Shown piece by piece: positions 1 to 9,705 of a stretch of 64,000 nt of DNA. Source of the DNA: an uncultured delta proteobacterium (GTDB taxonomy: Bacteria > Myxococcota > B64-G9); NCBI GenBank assembly GCA_963754925.1, contig CAVWHX010000007.1, positions 128,001 to 192,000 on the forward strand. The letters are read 5' to 3'. Each line of letters starts with the position of its first letter. Position 1 is the first letter of the stretch. The translations under genes and the position numbers were made by a program. Below the pieces are notes generated by a model, which saw only the letters and a program-made list of their open reading frames with translations, was not told where the DNA came from and made no database searches.

Positions 1-996
1 CAAATCGATGTGCGCCCCGCCCGCCATCTCCCAGGTGCGCAGGTAATTGTTATCCGGCTGCCTGCCCCACGAGAAGAGCAGCTCGACCAGGTCTCCTTCG
101 GCCTCAAGTTGAAGCACTGGGGTAGTGTTGTCCGTGCGAATCTGGGCGATCGGGGAAACGTTTGCGAGGCCGTCACCGATTGGCGCCTCGGTGCTAGCCC
201 GGCCGTGGAGGAGGAAGCCGTCATAGACGCGAGCGCGGGGATGAATCGCGTTGACGTAGGTGGTCAGTCGAATGGCTGACGCAGAATCACCGCACCCAAG
301 CAGCTTCTTCGGCGTGAGTCCGCCCAGGATGGTCGCCGATTGAGCCTTGACGGCCTTGGCAGCCTGGGTGAAGATGTCGAAGGATTGTCCGTCTGAACTA
401 ATGGAGAGCGCGCCATAGCGGGCTGGATCCCACCATTTTAGGAAATTCGCACCGGCGCTGAGATTTTGTGCCGTGACGCCCACGTAGGCGTAGCCTTCCC
501 GGAAGAAGAAATCACGGGATTCCGCCCAGTCTGGAGAAGTGGAGGAATACGTTATCTCATTGAGCCACTCGAAAACCACTGTGCCGTTGAATTTGGCTGG
601 ATTGGTTGGGTAACGAACGATGATACGCGTAACGTACGGCACGTTCGACTGCGCAACCGAGACATTCCAAAGACCATCGGTATCCCATACGCCCGATGCA
701 CTATAGATGTTGGTAGTGCCCGAGATCATAAACTCTTTTTCCGCATATCCGAGCGCGTTGAGATCAAACACCGGGGAGGAACCGCCCGGGCCCGAATAAA
801 CTTGCGCGGTCGGTACAGCGTTGTAAGGATGGCCGTGCGAACCGCTCGAGTAGGGAATCTCTGCGACCGTCGGCACCGTTCCCGAAAGATCGGTGGTGGA
901 ACCTTGCCCATTACCACCTCCCAAAAGATCGGTGATATCACAGGATGCAGCAACGAAAGAAACCAGCACAATCAGCGATAATTTCCAAGTTCCCAT
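1..996 (-). CDS. Alpha/beta-hydrolase-domain lipoprotein, 3' end runs off the window (not in the ORF track)
   Basis: Manual translation from ATG at 996 (RBS GAGGAGGTG at 1001-1009): MGTWKLSLIVLVSFVAASC lipobox, then RYPTNPAKFNGTVVFEWLN, GYAYVGVTAQ, GDSAS (nucleophile elbow-like), YDGFLLHG, LRTWEMAGAAH. Frame is open to position 1. Confidence 0.75.
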   Translation of the reverse strand, partial: MGTWKLSLIVLVSFVAASCDITDLLGGGNGQGSTTDLSGTVPTVAEIPYSSGSHGHPYNAVPTAQVYSGPGGSSPVFDLNALGYAEKEFMISGTTNIYSASGVWDTDGLWNVSVAQSNVPYVTRIIVRYPTNPAKFNGTVVFEWLNEITYSSTSPDWAESRDFFFREGYAYVGVTAQNLSAGANFLKWWDPARYGALSISSDGQSFDIFTQAAKAVKAQSATILGGLTPKKLLGCGDSASAIRLTTYVNAIHPRARVYDGFLLHGRASTEAPIGDGLANVSPIAQIRTDNTTPVLQLEAEGDLVELLFSWGRQPDNNYLRTWEMAGGAHIDL

Positions 997-1201
997 AGAG
1001 CACCTCCTCATGAAAAAATGTGATAAGAAATATCCCCCAAAAAATAAGGCAACCACACATGGCAGAAAACTCCTATGTCTTCATTTCCCAAAAAACTGAC
1101 TCTATATCTTGGAATTGACAATGAACCTTATTCAACTTCTTATGTCAATGAAAATATTTCGCCTCAGTGAAATACTTATATGAAATGGGCTGAGCAAGGG
1201 C

Positions 1202-1438
1202 TGTCATTCGCCAAAACTCGTCATTATTGATAAATAAGTATTTTTATGCCGCCTGCACTATACCCTACTCCACATTGAAATCTTACCAGATAGTTTCGCT
1301 CGCGCCATTATGTCGTTATGATTTATTCAGTCTTCAAGCTCATCTTTTCCAACATCCAGGATTGTGAGTTCACTAATTCAAGCTTGCCGTGGTTTGGTTG
1401 ACTTGTTTTTTCTCTTGGAGTTGGGTTGGCGAGGGACA
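1202..1438 (+). mobile_element. MITE-like repeat copy 1 (complete, about 237 bp)
   Basis: Begins TGTCATTCGCCAAAACTCGTC and ends TTGGCGAGGGACA. Internal core AAGCTCATCTTTTCCAACATCCAGGATTGTGAGTTCAC...CCGTGGTTTGGTTGACTTGTTTTTTCTC is shared with the other copies. Confidence 0.9.
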
Positions 1439-1821
1439 GGCTGTTTTTGAACGTGATGCAAAACCTTGGATACCGCTATCCCCTGCGGGCCTGATGCCTG
1501 TAACGTCGTACGGACTGAGATCAACCGGAAGTTCTCGGGTGAAGTGTGTTCGGAACAGCCGAACGTGTCACCTGTAGACCATCGCTGATTTATTTTGCCG
1601 TGTTTCTTATGTGTGATGTTGAAATTTACCTGCCACTTCATTCCATAATCGGCTGGTTCGCTCGTCAATATTCAAATCCGACGCTTTATACTTCGAAACG
1701 AAATGACCTGTGAGAAGATCGGGCTAGTGCCTCTTCGACTATGAAGATGATCTCATTTCCATTCATGAGGTTATTTTAATCCCTCAATAAATTGTTTGTC
1801 AATGAACTTCCCGGCTGAGGT

Positions 1822-3090
1822 TGGGCAAGCCCAGGTAGATCTGACACCACCTCTTTCTGCTCTCAGGAGCATGGGGAGCAAGGGATTGGCAATGTTGAAG
1901 GGAAAGCTTCCTTGGGGGGCTAGCCCCCCAAGGAAGCCGCGGCAACAAAAAAGGAGATGAGGTCAGGACCAAAATCCTCTTGAATGAAGGTTTGCGAAGA
2001 CTTTCATCACAAGGAGGTACGGCCCTGACCCCATTTAGTTATTACGCCATGACCACCACGAAAGACCATAAATATTCGCTTCGCCTTCAGTTGGTGCAGT
2101 ACGCCACGACCCACGGCATACGCCCCGCTGCGCGTGCCTTTGCTACCACCCCCAACACCGTACGGCGATGGCGTGCCCGCTTTGACGCCGGCGGTCGTAC
2201 CTCACTCCAGGACCGCTCCCGGAGACCCAAGACCTGCCCCCACAAGACTTCCCGGTACCAAGAAGCGAAGATCCTCAACGCACGCAAGAAGGTTCCCTGC
2301 TTCGGACCGCGCCGCCTGCGCGACCTGTTTGGAATCACTGCTTCCTCTGGCGCCATCGCTCGCATCCTGCGCCAGCAAGGCTTATCGGGCCGCCGTCGCA
2401 AAAAGCGTCAGCGCAAAAACGACCTGCGGGCTATCAAAGCTAAATACAGATGCTTCCAACGCCTCCAGGCCGATATGAAACCCCTCTTCGATATCCCCGC
2501 CTACTGGCCGCAGATGAAGAAACTCGGCCTCCCCAAACACCAGTACACCCACCGTGATGTCAAAAGCGGTGCTCTCTTTATCTCTTACGCCGACGAGCTC
2601 TCCACCACCTACGCCACCATGACCTCCCGGCGCTTGCTGACCCACCTGAAAAAGCATCTCGTCAACCTCCGCCGTGCTATCTTGTCCACCGACAACGGCG
2701 TCGAATATGGTGGCCATGACAAGAACGAGCGGGAACGAGGCTTCCATGCCAAAATCCAGCAGGCCGGGATCATCCACCGCTTCCTGCCCCCTGCCACCCC
2801 AAACGCCCACGCCGATGTCGAGAGTTCCCATGCATCCATTGAACAGGAGTTCTTTGATCTCGAACCATTTACATCCAGACAGGACTTCTTCCAGAAGGTC
2901 TCTATCTACCAACACTGGTGGAACTTCGCCAGACCCAACTACTCCAAGAGCGCTAAAACACCCGCACAACTCTTGGAGGATGAAGGCCTTGACCCAAGCA
3001 TCCTCTTGCTCCTACCCGTTGACCTTGAGGCCTGGTTCAGGACGACGACTTACTTTCCTCAGGTGGTGTCACATCTACCTGTTGACGCCG
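1822..3090 (+). mobile_element. IS481-family insertion sequence with 15-bp flanking direct repeat
   Basis: Subterminal inverted repeats CAGGTAGATCTGACACCACCT (from 1832) and AGGTGGTGTCACATCTACCTG (3061-3081). Direct repeat CTTCCCGGCTGAGGT at 1807-1821 and 3091-3105. Confidence 0.8.
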
Positions 3091-3116
3091 CTTCCCGGCT
3101 GAGGTGGGCTGATTAG
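2049..3116 (+). CDS. IS481-family DDE transposase
   Basis: N-terminal HTH (AARAFATTPNTVRRWRARF...LQDRSRRPKTCPH) and rve core with QAD, STDNGVEY, NAHADVESSH, WNFARPN. Probable start is ATG at 2049. Confidence 0.85.
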   Translation: MTTTKDHKYSLRLQLVQYATTHGIRPAARAFATTPNTVRRWRARFDAGGRTSLQDRSRRPKTCPHKTSRYQEAKILNARKKVPCFGPRRLRDLFGITASSGAIARILRQQGLSGRRRKKRQRKNDLRAIKAKYRCFQRLQADMKPLFDIPAYWPQMKKLGLPKHQYTHRDVKSGALFISYADELSTTYATMTSRRLLTHLKKHLVNLRRAILSTDNGVEYGGHDKNERERGFHAKIQQAGIIHRFLPPATPNAHADVESSHASIEQEFFDLEPFTSRQDFFQKVSIYQHWWNFARPNYSKSAKTPAQLLEDEGLDPSILLLLPVDLEAWFRTTTYFPQVVSHLPVDAASRLRWAD

Positions 3117-3156
3117 CTTCGTAAACTGGTTGGCAACTTCCAAGGGTTCTCGGTTG

Positions 3157-3400
3157 ATGCAGGTGGGGCCCGCCCGGCAAGCGCCGCCGCCGGAGCTGCC
3201 GATCGAGCGCGGGATGGCGGGACCGGGGCTTTTGACCGACACCATCGTCCGGCGCTGGCAGGACCATTTGCCGTTGCACCGGTTGGAGAGAATCTACGGC
3301 CGCGAAGGTCTCGAACTGCCGCGTTCAACCGTGTGCACATGGCACACGGCGCTTGCCACGTTGGTCAAGCCGCTTATCGACGACCTGTGGGCCGATGCAC
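3157..3400 (+). pseudogene. IS66-family TnpC transposase internal fragment
   Basis: PIERGMAGPGLLTDTIVRRWQDHLPLHRLERIYGREGLELPRSTVCTW is the characteristic IS66 TnpC segment; the rest of the gene is absent. Confidence 0.8.
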
Positions 3401-3405
3401 TGATT

Positions 3406-3843
3406 CTAATGGGTTCGCTTTACTTGGTACTTAGTAATCATCTTATTTAGAACGCTTTTCAAATCTTCTACATTAGTTTTTGATATTTTGTTTGAAATAT
3501 TAATAATATTTCCTTTTGTGTCAACATAATAACTCGTATTTCCTTTTACCATTTTTAATCTGACGCGATAATAATCAAATACTCCGGGAATGTCAGAATT
3601 CAATAATTTTGTTAGTTCAATAGCTAGATCTGAATGCGCCGGCACATTGAAAGTATATAAAGATTTTTCTTCTATATTTTCAACAGTGACAGGAAGATAT
3701 GTTTGGTTCCTAAAAGGAATGTAGTAAATTTTCATAAGTTCCTCCCCCAGAGCACATTCCGAGAAACTTATCAATACAAACATAATAATAGAAGCAAACA
3801 TTTTTTTGAACAAAATAAATCTCCTTCTGTATCCAAGTTCCAC
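3406..3843 (-). CDS. Putative exported immunity protein for the upstream RHS metallopeptidase toxin
   Basis: AT-rich small ORF with a hydrophobic signal-like stretch. Its GTG (3843) overlaps the reconstructed toxin stop codon (TAGTG). Confidence 0.55.
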   Translation of the reverse strand: MELGYRRRFILFKKMFASIIMFVLISFSECALGEELMKIYYIPFRNQTYLPVTVENIEEKSLYTFNVPAHSDLAIELTKLLNSDIPGVFDYYRVRLKMVKGNTSYYVDTKGNIINISNKISKTNVEDLKSVLNKMITKYQVKRTH

Positions 3844-3899
3844 TAATATTGAGTCCTTGAAGGCTCTCCTTGACGTGCCCCCGTTCATAGGACCACTCT

Positions 3900-4811
3900 C
3901 TATGAGAGTTGTTCATGGTTAACCATCGTTCCTTTATCCATAGCAACACCAGTTTTCAGAGCGAAGGGAGCCGGAGGCGACCGAAGCTCTGAAAACTGTC
4001 GCGCGAACTCCGCCGGTGTCTCCTGTCCCAGCGAACTGTGCGGCCGCACATGATTGTAATCCATCCGCCATGATTCGATTTTATTACGAGCATCTTGTAG
4101 ATTTATAAACCAATGTTGATTGAGACATTCATCTCGAAATTTGCCGTTGAAGCTTTCGATCAAGGCATTCTGCACCGGCTTGCCCGGCTCGATAAAATGC
4201 AACTGCACCCCATGCCGGTACGCCCAGAGGTCCAGCGCACGACTCGTGAACTCCGGACCGTTATCCGTCACCATCGCTTCGGGATACCTACCCCGTTCAG
4301 CGGCAATATCGTCCAAAATCCTGGCCACCCGGCTGCCGGAAATGGACGTGTCTACGGGTAAGGCAAGACTCTCTCGACTGAATTCATCCAGCACGCTCAA
4401 CACCTTCAACCGTCGCCCATCTGAGAGACAATCAGATAGAAAATCCATCGACCATCGCTCGTTGAGTCCTTCCGGAAGACGCAGCGGCTGCCGCGCGATG
4501 CTCCGGTATCTCTTGCGCTGCTTCTTCCTCACGCTCAATCCCTCTTGCCGATACAGCCGATACACCCGCTTGTGATTCACCACATACCCTTCCCGCCGCA
4601 ATAACACCTGCAACCGTCGATATCCGAAGCGTACCCGCTGCGCCGCAAGCTCTAAAAGACGCTCCCGCAACTGCGGATACAGTTGGCCTACCGAACGGTA
4701 CCGAAAGCTCGATCGCCCGATCCTCATCAGCCCGCAGGCGCGTCGTTCGCTCACCCCAAATTCCTCGCGGGCATGCACAACGGCCTGCTTTCGCGCTGCG
4801 GGCTTCACCAT
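3900..4811 (-). CDS. IS3 transposase OrfB (rve integrase core)
   Basis: FGYRRL, WSMDF, TDNGPEF, PGKPVQNALIESFNGKFRDECLN, YNHVRPHSSLG motifs. Confidence 0.95.
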   Translation of the reverse strand: MVKPAARKQAVVHAREEFGVSERRACGLMRIGRSSFRYRSVGQLYPQLRERLLELAAQRVRFGYRRLQVLLRREGYVVNHKRVYRLYRQEGLSVRKKQRKRYRSIARQPLRLPEGLNERWSMDFLSDCLSDGRRLKVLSVLDEFSRESLALPVDTSISGSRVARILDDIAAERGRYPEAMVTDNGPEFTSRALDLWAYRHGVQLHFIEPGKPVQNALIESFNGKFRDECLNQHWFINLQDARNKIESWRMDYNHVRPHSSLGQETPAEFARQFSELRSPPAPFALKTGVAMDKGTMVNHEQLS

Positions 4812-5071
4812 TTTCTTGAGTTGATATCCCTCAAGATCTGGTTGTCGAGAGTGAGATCGGCCACGGCACGCTTCAGCCTTCGGTTTTCTTCCTCAAGCTG
4901 CTTCAGCCGCCGCGCCTCGCTGACGTCCATCCCGCCGTACTTGGATTTCCAACGGTAGTACGTTTGTTCGCAGAAGCCATGTGTGCGACAGAGATCAGAC
5001 AGCTTCACCCCCGCTTCGGCTTCTTTCAATATCCCGATGATCTTATCCTCAGAAAACCGTTTCCCTTTCAT
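4805..5071 (-). CDS. IS3 transposase OrfA (HTH)
   Basis: MKGKRFSEDKIIGILKEAEAG...TYYRWKSKYGGM...LEEENRRLK; overlaps orfB in a different frame. Confidence 0.95.
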   Translation of the reverse strand: MKGKRFSEDKIIGILKEAEAGVKLSDLCRTHGFCEQTYYRWKSKYGGMDVSEARRLKQLEEENRRLKRAVADLTLDNQILRDINSRKW

Positions 5072-5146
5072 TGAGCAAGCTCCTTTCCGGCATTCTAGCC
5101 GAAGGAACTCTCATTGAAAATGGTCCAGTTTTTGGGGGGCAGGTCA

Positions 5147-5865
5147 TCCTAGCCCCTGTCTGATAGGATTCTCATTTTGATTAACATTATCCATATTATT
5201 AGGCCCGGTATCTCCGACACCAGTAGCTGCATGTCCAATTTCGTGACCAAGAATAGATGGTGTTGACGCAGGGAGTGGACCGTTTGTAGTTTGAACAACA
5301 GGATGGAAATTGGGGTCAACAACAACAGTATTTGTACTAGGATCGAAATAAGCATCATCTGTAGTGCCAGTTATATTATATGTGGTACTCGAATCTTCCA
5401 GGGTTTTACAAAGACTAGCGCCACGTTTGGTTGTTTTTACCTTATTATATGCTTGTTGCAAAGCAGTTACTGTTGGTACATCACCTGTAAATGTGACTTT
5501 TAGCCCATCAATGTCAATAAATGCAACAGGATCATTGAAGACGTACCCATACAGATTCACATCTCCGCCCCTGAATCTTATCGGATCCTTCGCCGTCCAC
5601 CTTCCGGCAACTGGGTCATAGTCCCTCGCCCCGAATCGAACGATCCCGGTATCTCTATCGTACAACCCTCCCGCGAACCCGAAGGGCTGGAAGCCGGGGT
5701 AGGTGTCGTTGGCGACGTTCCCGAACTCGTCGTAGTTCATCTGATGAACGATTGCTCCGGTGCTTGAGTTTACAACGAATCGCGGACTGCCCAGGTGGTC
5801 GGCGATGATGCGATAGTTCTGGCCACCTTGAATCATATATTCCGGTACATTCACTTTCGTTAGGT
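5147..5865 (-). pseudogene. Orphan RHS core fragment with HExxH metallopeptidase toxin tip (M91/NleD-like), interrupted by IS3
   Basis: [42 protein letters not shown], then LGHEIGH and [10 protein letters not shown]. The remaining codons (EPSRTQY*) lie at 3843-3866, beyond the IS3. Confidence 0.8.
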
Positions 5866-6111
5866 GCCGCAAAGGTCGGACGTATTTTTCGGTTTGCATG
5901 CAAATATAATCAAGGCCATAAAAAATATCTAGCTGACTTGAAATAATTGGAATCAGCGAAATAGGCAAAATAATTATACGGTGAAAACGCACGCATTTGA
6001 ATTTACTTCATCCTCACGCGACGGTTAGGCCTTTATCCCAATGGAGCGTCAAGGTGACCACGTCCATATCTCCGTATCAAACTAACCAATGTAGTTATGA
6101 CAAAGATTAAG

Positions 6112-6396
6112 CTATTCGCCAATAAAATTACCATCAGGTGACATAATAAAATCGGACGATCTAGGTATGACGCTGCGCAACCCACCATCATCTACTGCTA
6201 CAATGACGCGAATATTCTTTGATGACTTGCTGTCAAAAAATACATTTATTTCTACATTAAATTTTTTACCAGAATCACCGATTGCATCAATAACATTGTT
6301 CTTGCGATTCAAATATGTACATAGTTCTTTGTACGATTTATTTCTCAATATGACTATTTGCTCCTCTAATATCTTGTTCTCCTCATTTTGAAACAT
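6112..6396 (-). CDS. Putative immunity protein
   Basis: 94-aa AT-rich ORF starting immediately after an RHS toxin stop codon; ends SSDFIMSPDGNFIGE. Confidence 0.65.
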   Translation of the reverse strand: MFQNEENKILEEQIVILRNKSYKELCTYLNRKNNVIDAIGDSGKKFNVEINVFFDSKSSKNIRVIVAVDDGGLRSVIPRSSDFIMSPDGNFIGE

Positions 6397-6397
6397 T

Positions 6398-7307
6398 TTA
6401 CCTCCAGGGCAATAGAATACTTAATATGATATCACTACCCTTTACACCAGACTGCCATATTATAATTTGAATATGCGAAAGATTGCCGAATGATCCAAAT
6501 GTATGGTGAGCCTCATGTAAAGCAATCCGAAAGTTTATCGAATCAGCATAACAAGCACCTCGCCGAAACAATTCTCCAACCCAGCTTCCTGCAGCCACTA
6601 TTTCTGGTCCTAACGCTAATCCGGTCACTGTTGCACCAAAAATTGCCCAACCGATCAGCTCCTCTTCGGTTATAGGGATATTGCTCGTATCTCCCCATTT
6701 ACCTGCCATTGTAACACTTCCAGTTTCTAGCCCATTGTTGTCGATCAGATTGACTGGATCATTCAGCACGTACCCAAACAAATTCGTATCACCACCACTG
6801 AATCCTATCGGATCCTTCACCGTCCATCTTCCTGTCGATGGGTCGTAATCCCGTGCCCCAAATCGGACTAGGCCGGTATCTCTATCATACAACCCACCCG
6901 CGAACCCAAACGGTTGGAACCCGGGGTTGGAGTCGGAAGTGACATTGCCGAACTCGTCGTAATTCATCTGCTGTGCAATCGCTCCGGTGCTTGTGTTTAC
7001 AACGAAGCGCGGACTGCCCAGGTGGTCGGTGATGATGCGATAGTTCTGGCCTCCTTGGATCATATACTCTGGGACGTTCGCTCTGGTTCCGTACACGAAG
7101 CGACTTTTTAAATTACCGCTTCCGTTCAGTTCAGCGACAATTCGTAATTGTCCATCATACAAGAATCCTTGCGTCAGCGTACCGTTGACCTTCTTACCGA
7201 TCCTACGATTTCGCCCGTCAATCACATAGTTGATTTGGTTACCATTCGGCAACGTAACCGAACGCAGATTCCCGAGCACATCGTATTGATAATTTGTCGT
7301 CTGATTG
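6398..7307 (-). pseudogene. Orphan RHS core plus C-terminal toxin module
   Basis: RHS core to [12 protein letters not shown], near-identical to 9950-10624, then a distinct tip containing HEAHH. Confidence 0.85.
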
Positions 7308-7309
7308 CC

Positions 7310-7631
7310 GGCGGTTTCCCAGTTTGAAGGATTGTAGATACTTCACTAATAAAAGCATCAAGTAATGCATTCTGGTTGTCATAATCATATCGTTCAAAAA
7401 TGTGATGCCTGTCGCCATACGACCACTCTGCTTCAACGTCATAAATATAGAATGTTAGAAGACCAATACTCCCTTTATAATAAAAGTATTTTTCTTATAG
7501 TAACTCGTATTATTTTCTTGTATCAAATCCAATTTGTCCATTTGGATTGATAATCGTGCCAATACTTCATTGATAAACTCAAGGCACTTTTTCTGAAAGC
7601 TGGTGATCTCTTTTTCATATTTAGAGGTCAT
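7310..7631 (-). pseudogene. Probable orphan immunity gene, frameshifted
   Basis: MTSKYEKEITSFQKKCLEFINEVL... continues after a shift as LLTFYIYDVEAEWSYGDRHHIFERYDY. Preceded by a short toxin-tail-like remnant (NEGHIDLWRFGK*). Confidence 0.4.
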
Positions 7632-7708
7632 AATTTCTACTTTCCAAAACGCCAGAGATCTATATGCCCCTCATTAATAATACGATTCGCTGGGAGGGGG
7701 GGGGCACC

Positions 7709-8285
7709 CTACTCTTTTTTTAATTCTTTGAGAATCGCATTTATCCGTTTGATCTCGTCTGGGTCGCTTGGCTCATTGCCTCTTAAATAGCGGCGCATCG
7801 AAGATTCTATTACCGATACTATATATTTGGCTTTAGCGGTACCAACATTTTTATATTGTTCAAGCAGTGCAATGGCTTTGTCTTTCGCCCTAATTCCGTC
7901 CCGTTGCATAAAGATGTAAAATGAAGGAACCAGACAAGAGGGTTCTCTATCCAGCATTATCTCACAATCGGACACTGGAAACGGAATGCCCAACTTAATG
8001 TATCGAATGTACCTGTCCCAGAACTCGACCTCGGTGACATCAGGGTATTTGGTTCTTGCCCACTTTTAATAGTTCATACATTCTTGTGCTTGATCTTTTA
8101 ACAAAGCTGGCATCAAGATTCTTTGCGGACTCATATCCATAGTCATCGATCCTAAAATAAAGGCAAGCTAGGTTAGTGACAGCCTCAATTGGTGGATCAG
8201 GCTCCTGAATGACCTCGTCGTAAAACTGGGAAGCCTCGATGTCGTTTCCACTACGATCTGCAGCGATTGCTTGTTGAATGCTCAT
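7709..8285 (-). pseudogene. Hypothetical helical protein (probable immunity), split into 8040-8285 and 7709-7993
   Basis: RBS GGAGG before ATG at 8285; two consecutive ORFs in different frames that appear to form one gene. Confidence 0.45.
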
Positions 8286-8355
8286 CTGAACCTCCCGGGT
8301 AGGTTAAGTCCTGCATCTTGAATAATACCATTTAATACTTGTACCCATGAATATA

Positions 8356-8670
8356 TTATTCGTCAATTGAAGGATCAGATGCGTTCTCACCTAAGACAGA
8401 TATAAGAAATCTCTCCATCTCTAAAATCTCGGAAGAAGCTTCTTCATATGAGACATCGTCGCCTATTGTTGTACGTCTAATCTCAAGTGGCGTCTAACGT
8501 GAATACCAAGAGTGTATGAACTTCTGGTCTTTAATATCACCAGCATCAAGAGACGACTCAAGCTCATATACTAAACGTCTAAATGATAGATTTCCTTTGC
8601 GGTATTCACTGATAGAATAAATCATTGATCTAATTAAACGGGTTTGATGATCTGTTCCCAACATATGCAT
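8356..8670 (-). pseudogene. Putative immunity gene with in-frame TAG
   Basis: MHMLGTDHQTRLIRSMIYSISEYRKGNLSFRRLVYELESSLDAG...SWYSR*TPLEI...SIDE*; directly follows a toxin tip. Confidence 0.5.
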
Positions 8671-8672
8671 GT

Positions 8673-9150
8673 CTAATGTCCTGTCTTGATGACGGTTATT
8701 ACAACATTAACAGCTGCATTTGTAACTACTTGTAAATTCTCAAATGTATAAACAAGAGTATCTGGTAAATTACCTGCTGTTTCCGTTCCAAACTGAATTG
8801 CATTTTGAACAGCTGAAGGAGGAACACTTCGTCCACCAAATATCACTGGCTGCATTCTTGTAAAAGCTTCTACTGAGTATTCGATACCGTTAATTATTTG
8901 TCTACCAGAATTTGGTGATGGCTAGAGACTGTTTGTACCACCACACTTACTAACCAAGAAAGGCGCGCCTGCTGTAATTGCTGCAATGATCGCAGGCATC
9001 TCTAAAATAACTGCCCCACTAAGCGCAGACGTCATGCCTATACCAAGTGCCCAGTCCGCTACATCGTATTTATCCAACCAATTAGCAATGTCAAGCCACG
9101 CATCGGTTCCATTTAGACGGAGACCAGAACCGCGTAGATTCTGGGAAACA
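8673..9150 (-). pseudogene. Orphan toxin tip, probable small RNase (BECR/DUF4258-like), in-frame TAG near 8922
   Basis: Hydrophobic pre-toxin stretch, then INGIEYSVEAFTRM...GRSVPPSAVQNAIQFG...LQVVTN...VITVIK. Confidence 0.5.
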
Positions 9151-9163
9151 ATGGCTTTATCAA

Positions 9164-9688
9164 TTATCTGACCGGCACAGCGTTGTTTTTATCTCTTACG
9201 ATGTAAACCGTTTCGCCATCGTGAAAGACAAGAATCAGAACATCCCCTGTCTGGCCAGTAACTTCTGTTCGAGGCTCCATTTGAAGAGATAGAAATAAAT
9301 TCGATAGCGTAGTCTCTCGTCTGCTTACTAAATCGAAATACTTCTCAAAAATTGAGATGTGTGTTGTGTCTGTGCAAAGAATTAATGTGATTGTATCACC
9401 ATATGTGGCGCGTATTGCTTTGTTGACTATGTCATGGTCAACGCTGCTCTCTATGCAGTTCAGACGGTAGAACCCGTTACCATGATCTCCTTTTACGAGA
9501 TCAATAGTTCGACGAATAACCGAGACATCCTTGGATTCACGATTCCATTCAAAAAAGAACACCTTAAATTGTTGATTGTTGCGCAGCATAATATTGAGAT
9601 AATCCTTGACCACAAAATACCCTGGACCTTGGTCAATTTTAGTGTGTTCTTTTAGCCGTCTTTCTTCGTAGACAACTTGCGCTAGCAT
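9164..9688 (-). CDS. Putative immunity protein of the main RHS toxin
   Basis: 174-aa ORF with RBS GGAG, starting 17 bp after the RHS stop codon. Confidence 0.6.
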   Translation of the reverse strand: MLAQVVYEERRLKEHTKIDQGPGYFVVKDYLNIMLRNNQQFKVFFFEWNRESKDVSVIRRTIDLVKGDHGNGFYRLNCIESSVDHDIVNKAIRATYGDTITLILCTDTTHISIFEKYFDLVSRRETTLSNLFLSLQMEPRTEVTGQTGDVLILVFHDGETVYIVRDKNNAVPVR

Positions 9689-9705
9689 TCAATACTCCAT
9701 AGTTA

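Larger units (their letters stand above)
3871..5146 (-). mobile_element. IS3-family element (IS407-like), 4-bp target duplication TCCT
   Basis: Ends TGACGTGCCCCC...GGACCA and TGGTCC...GGGGGGCAGGTCA. TCCT at 3867-3870 and 5147-5150. Contains orfA and orfB. Confidence 0.93.

Noticed and set aside
10..981. Plus-strand ORFs 10-279 and 466-981
   Set aside because: Antisense shadows of the minus-strand hydrolase at 1-996.
1378..1668. Short ORFs overlapping repeat copies (also 11799-12056, 23318-23662, 23583-23901)
   Set aside because: They are translations of the repeat itself, with no independent coding evidence.
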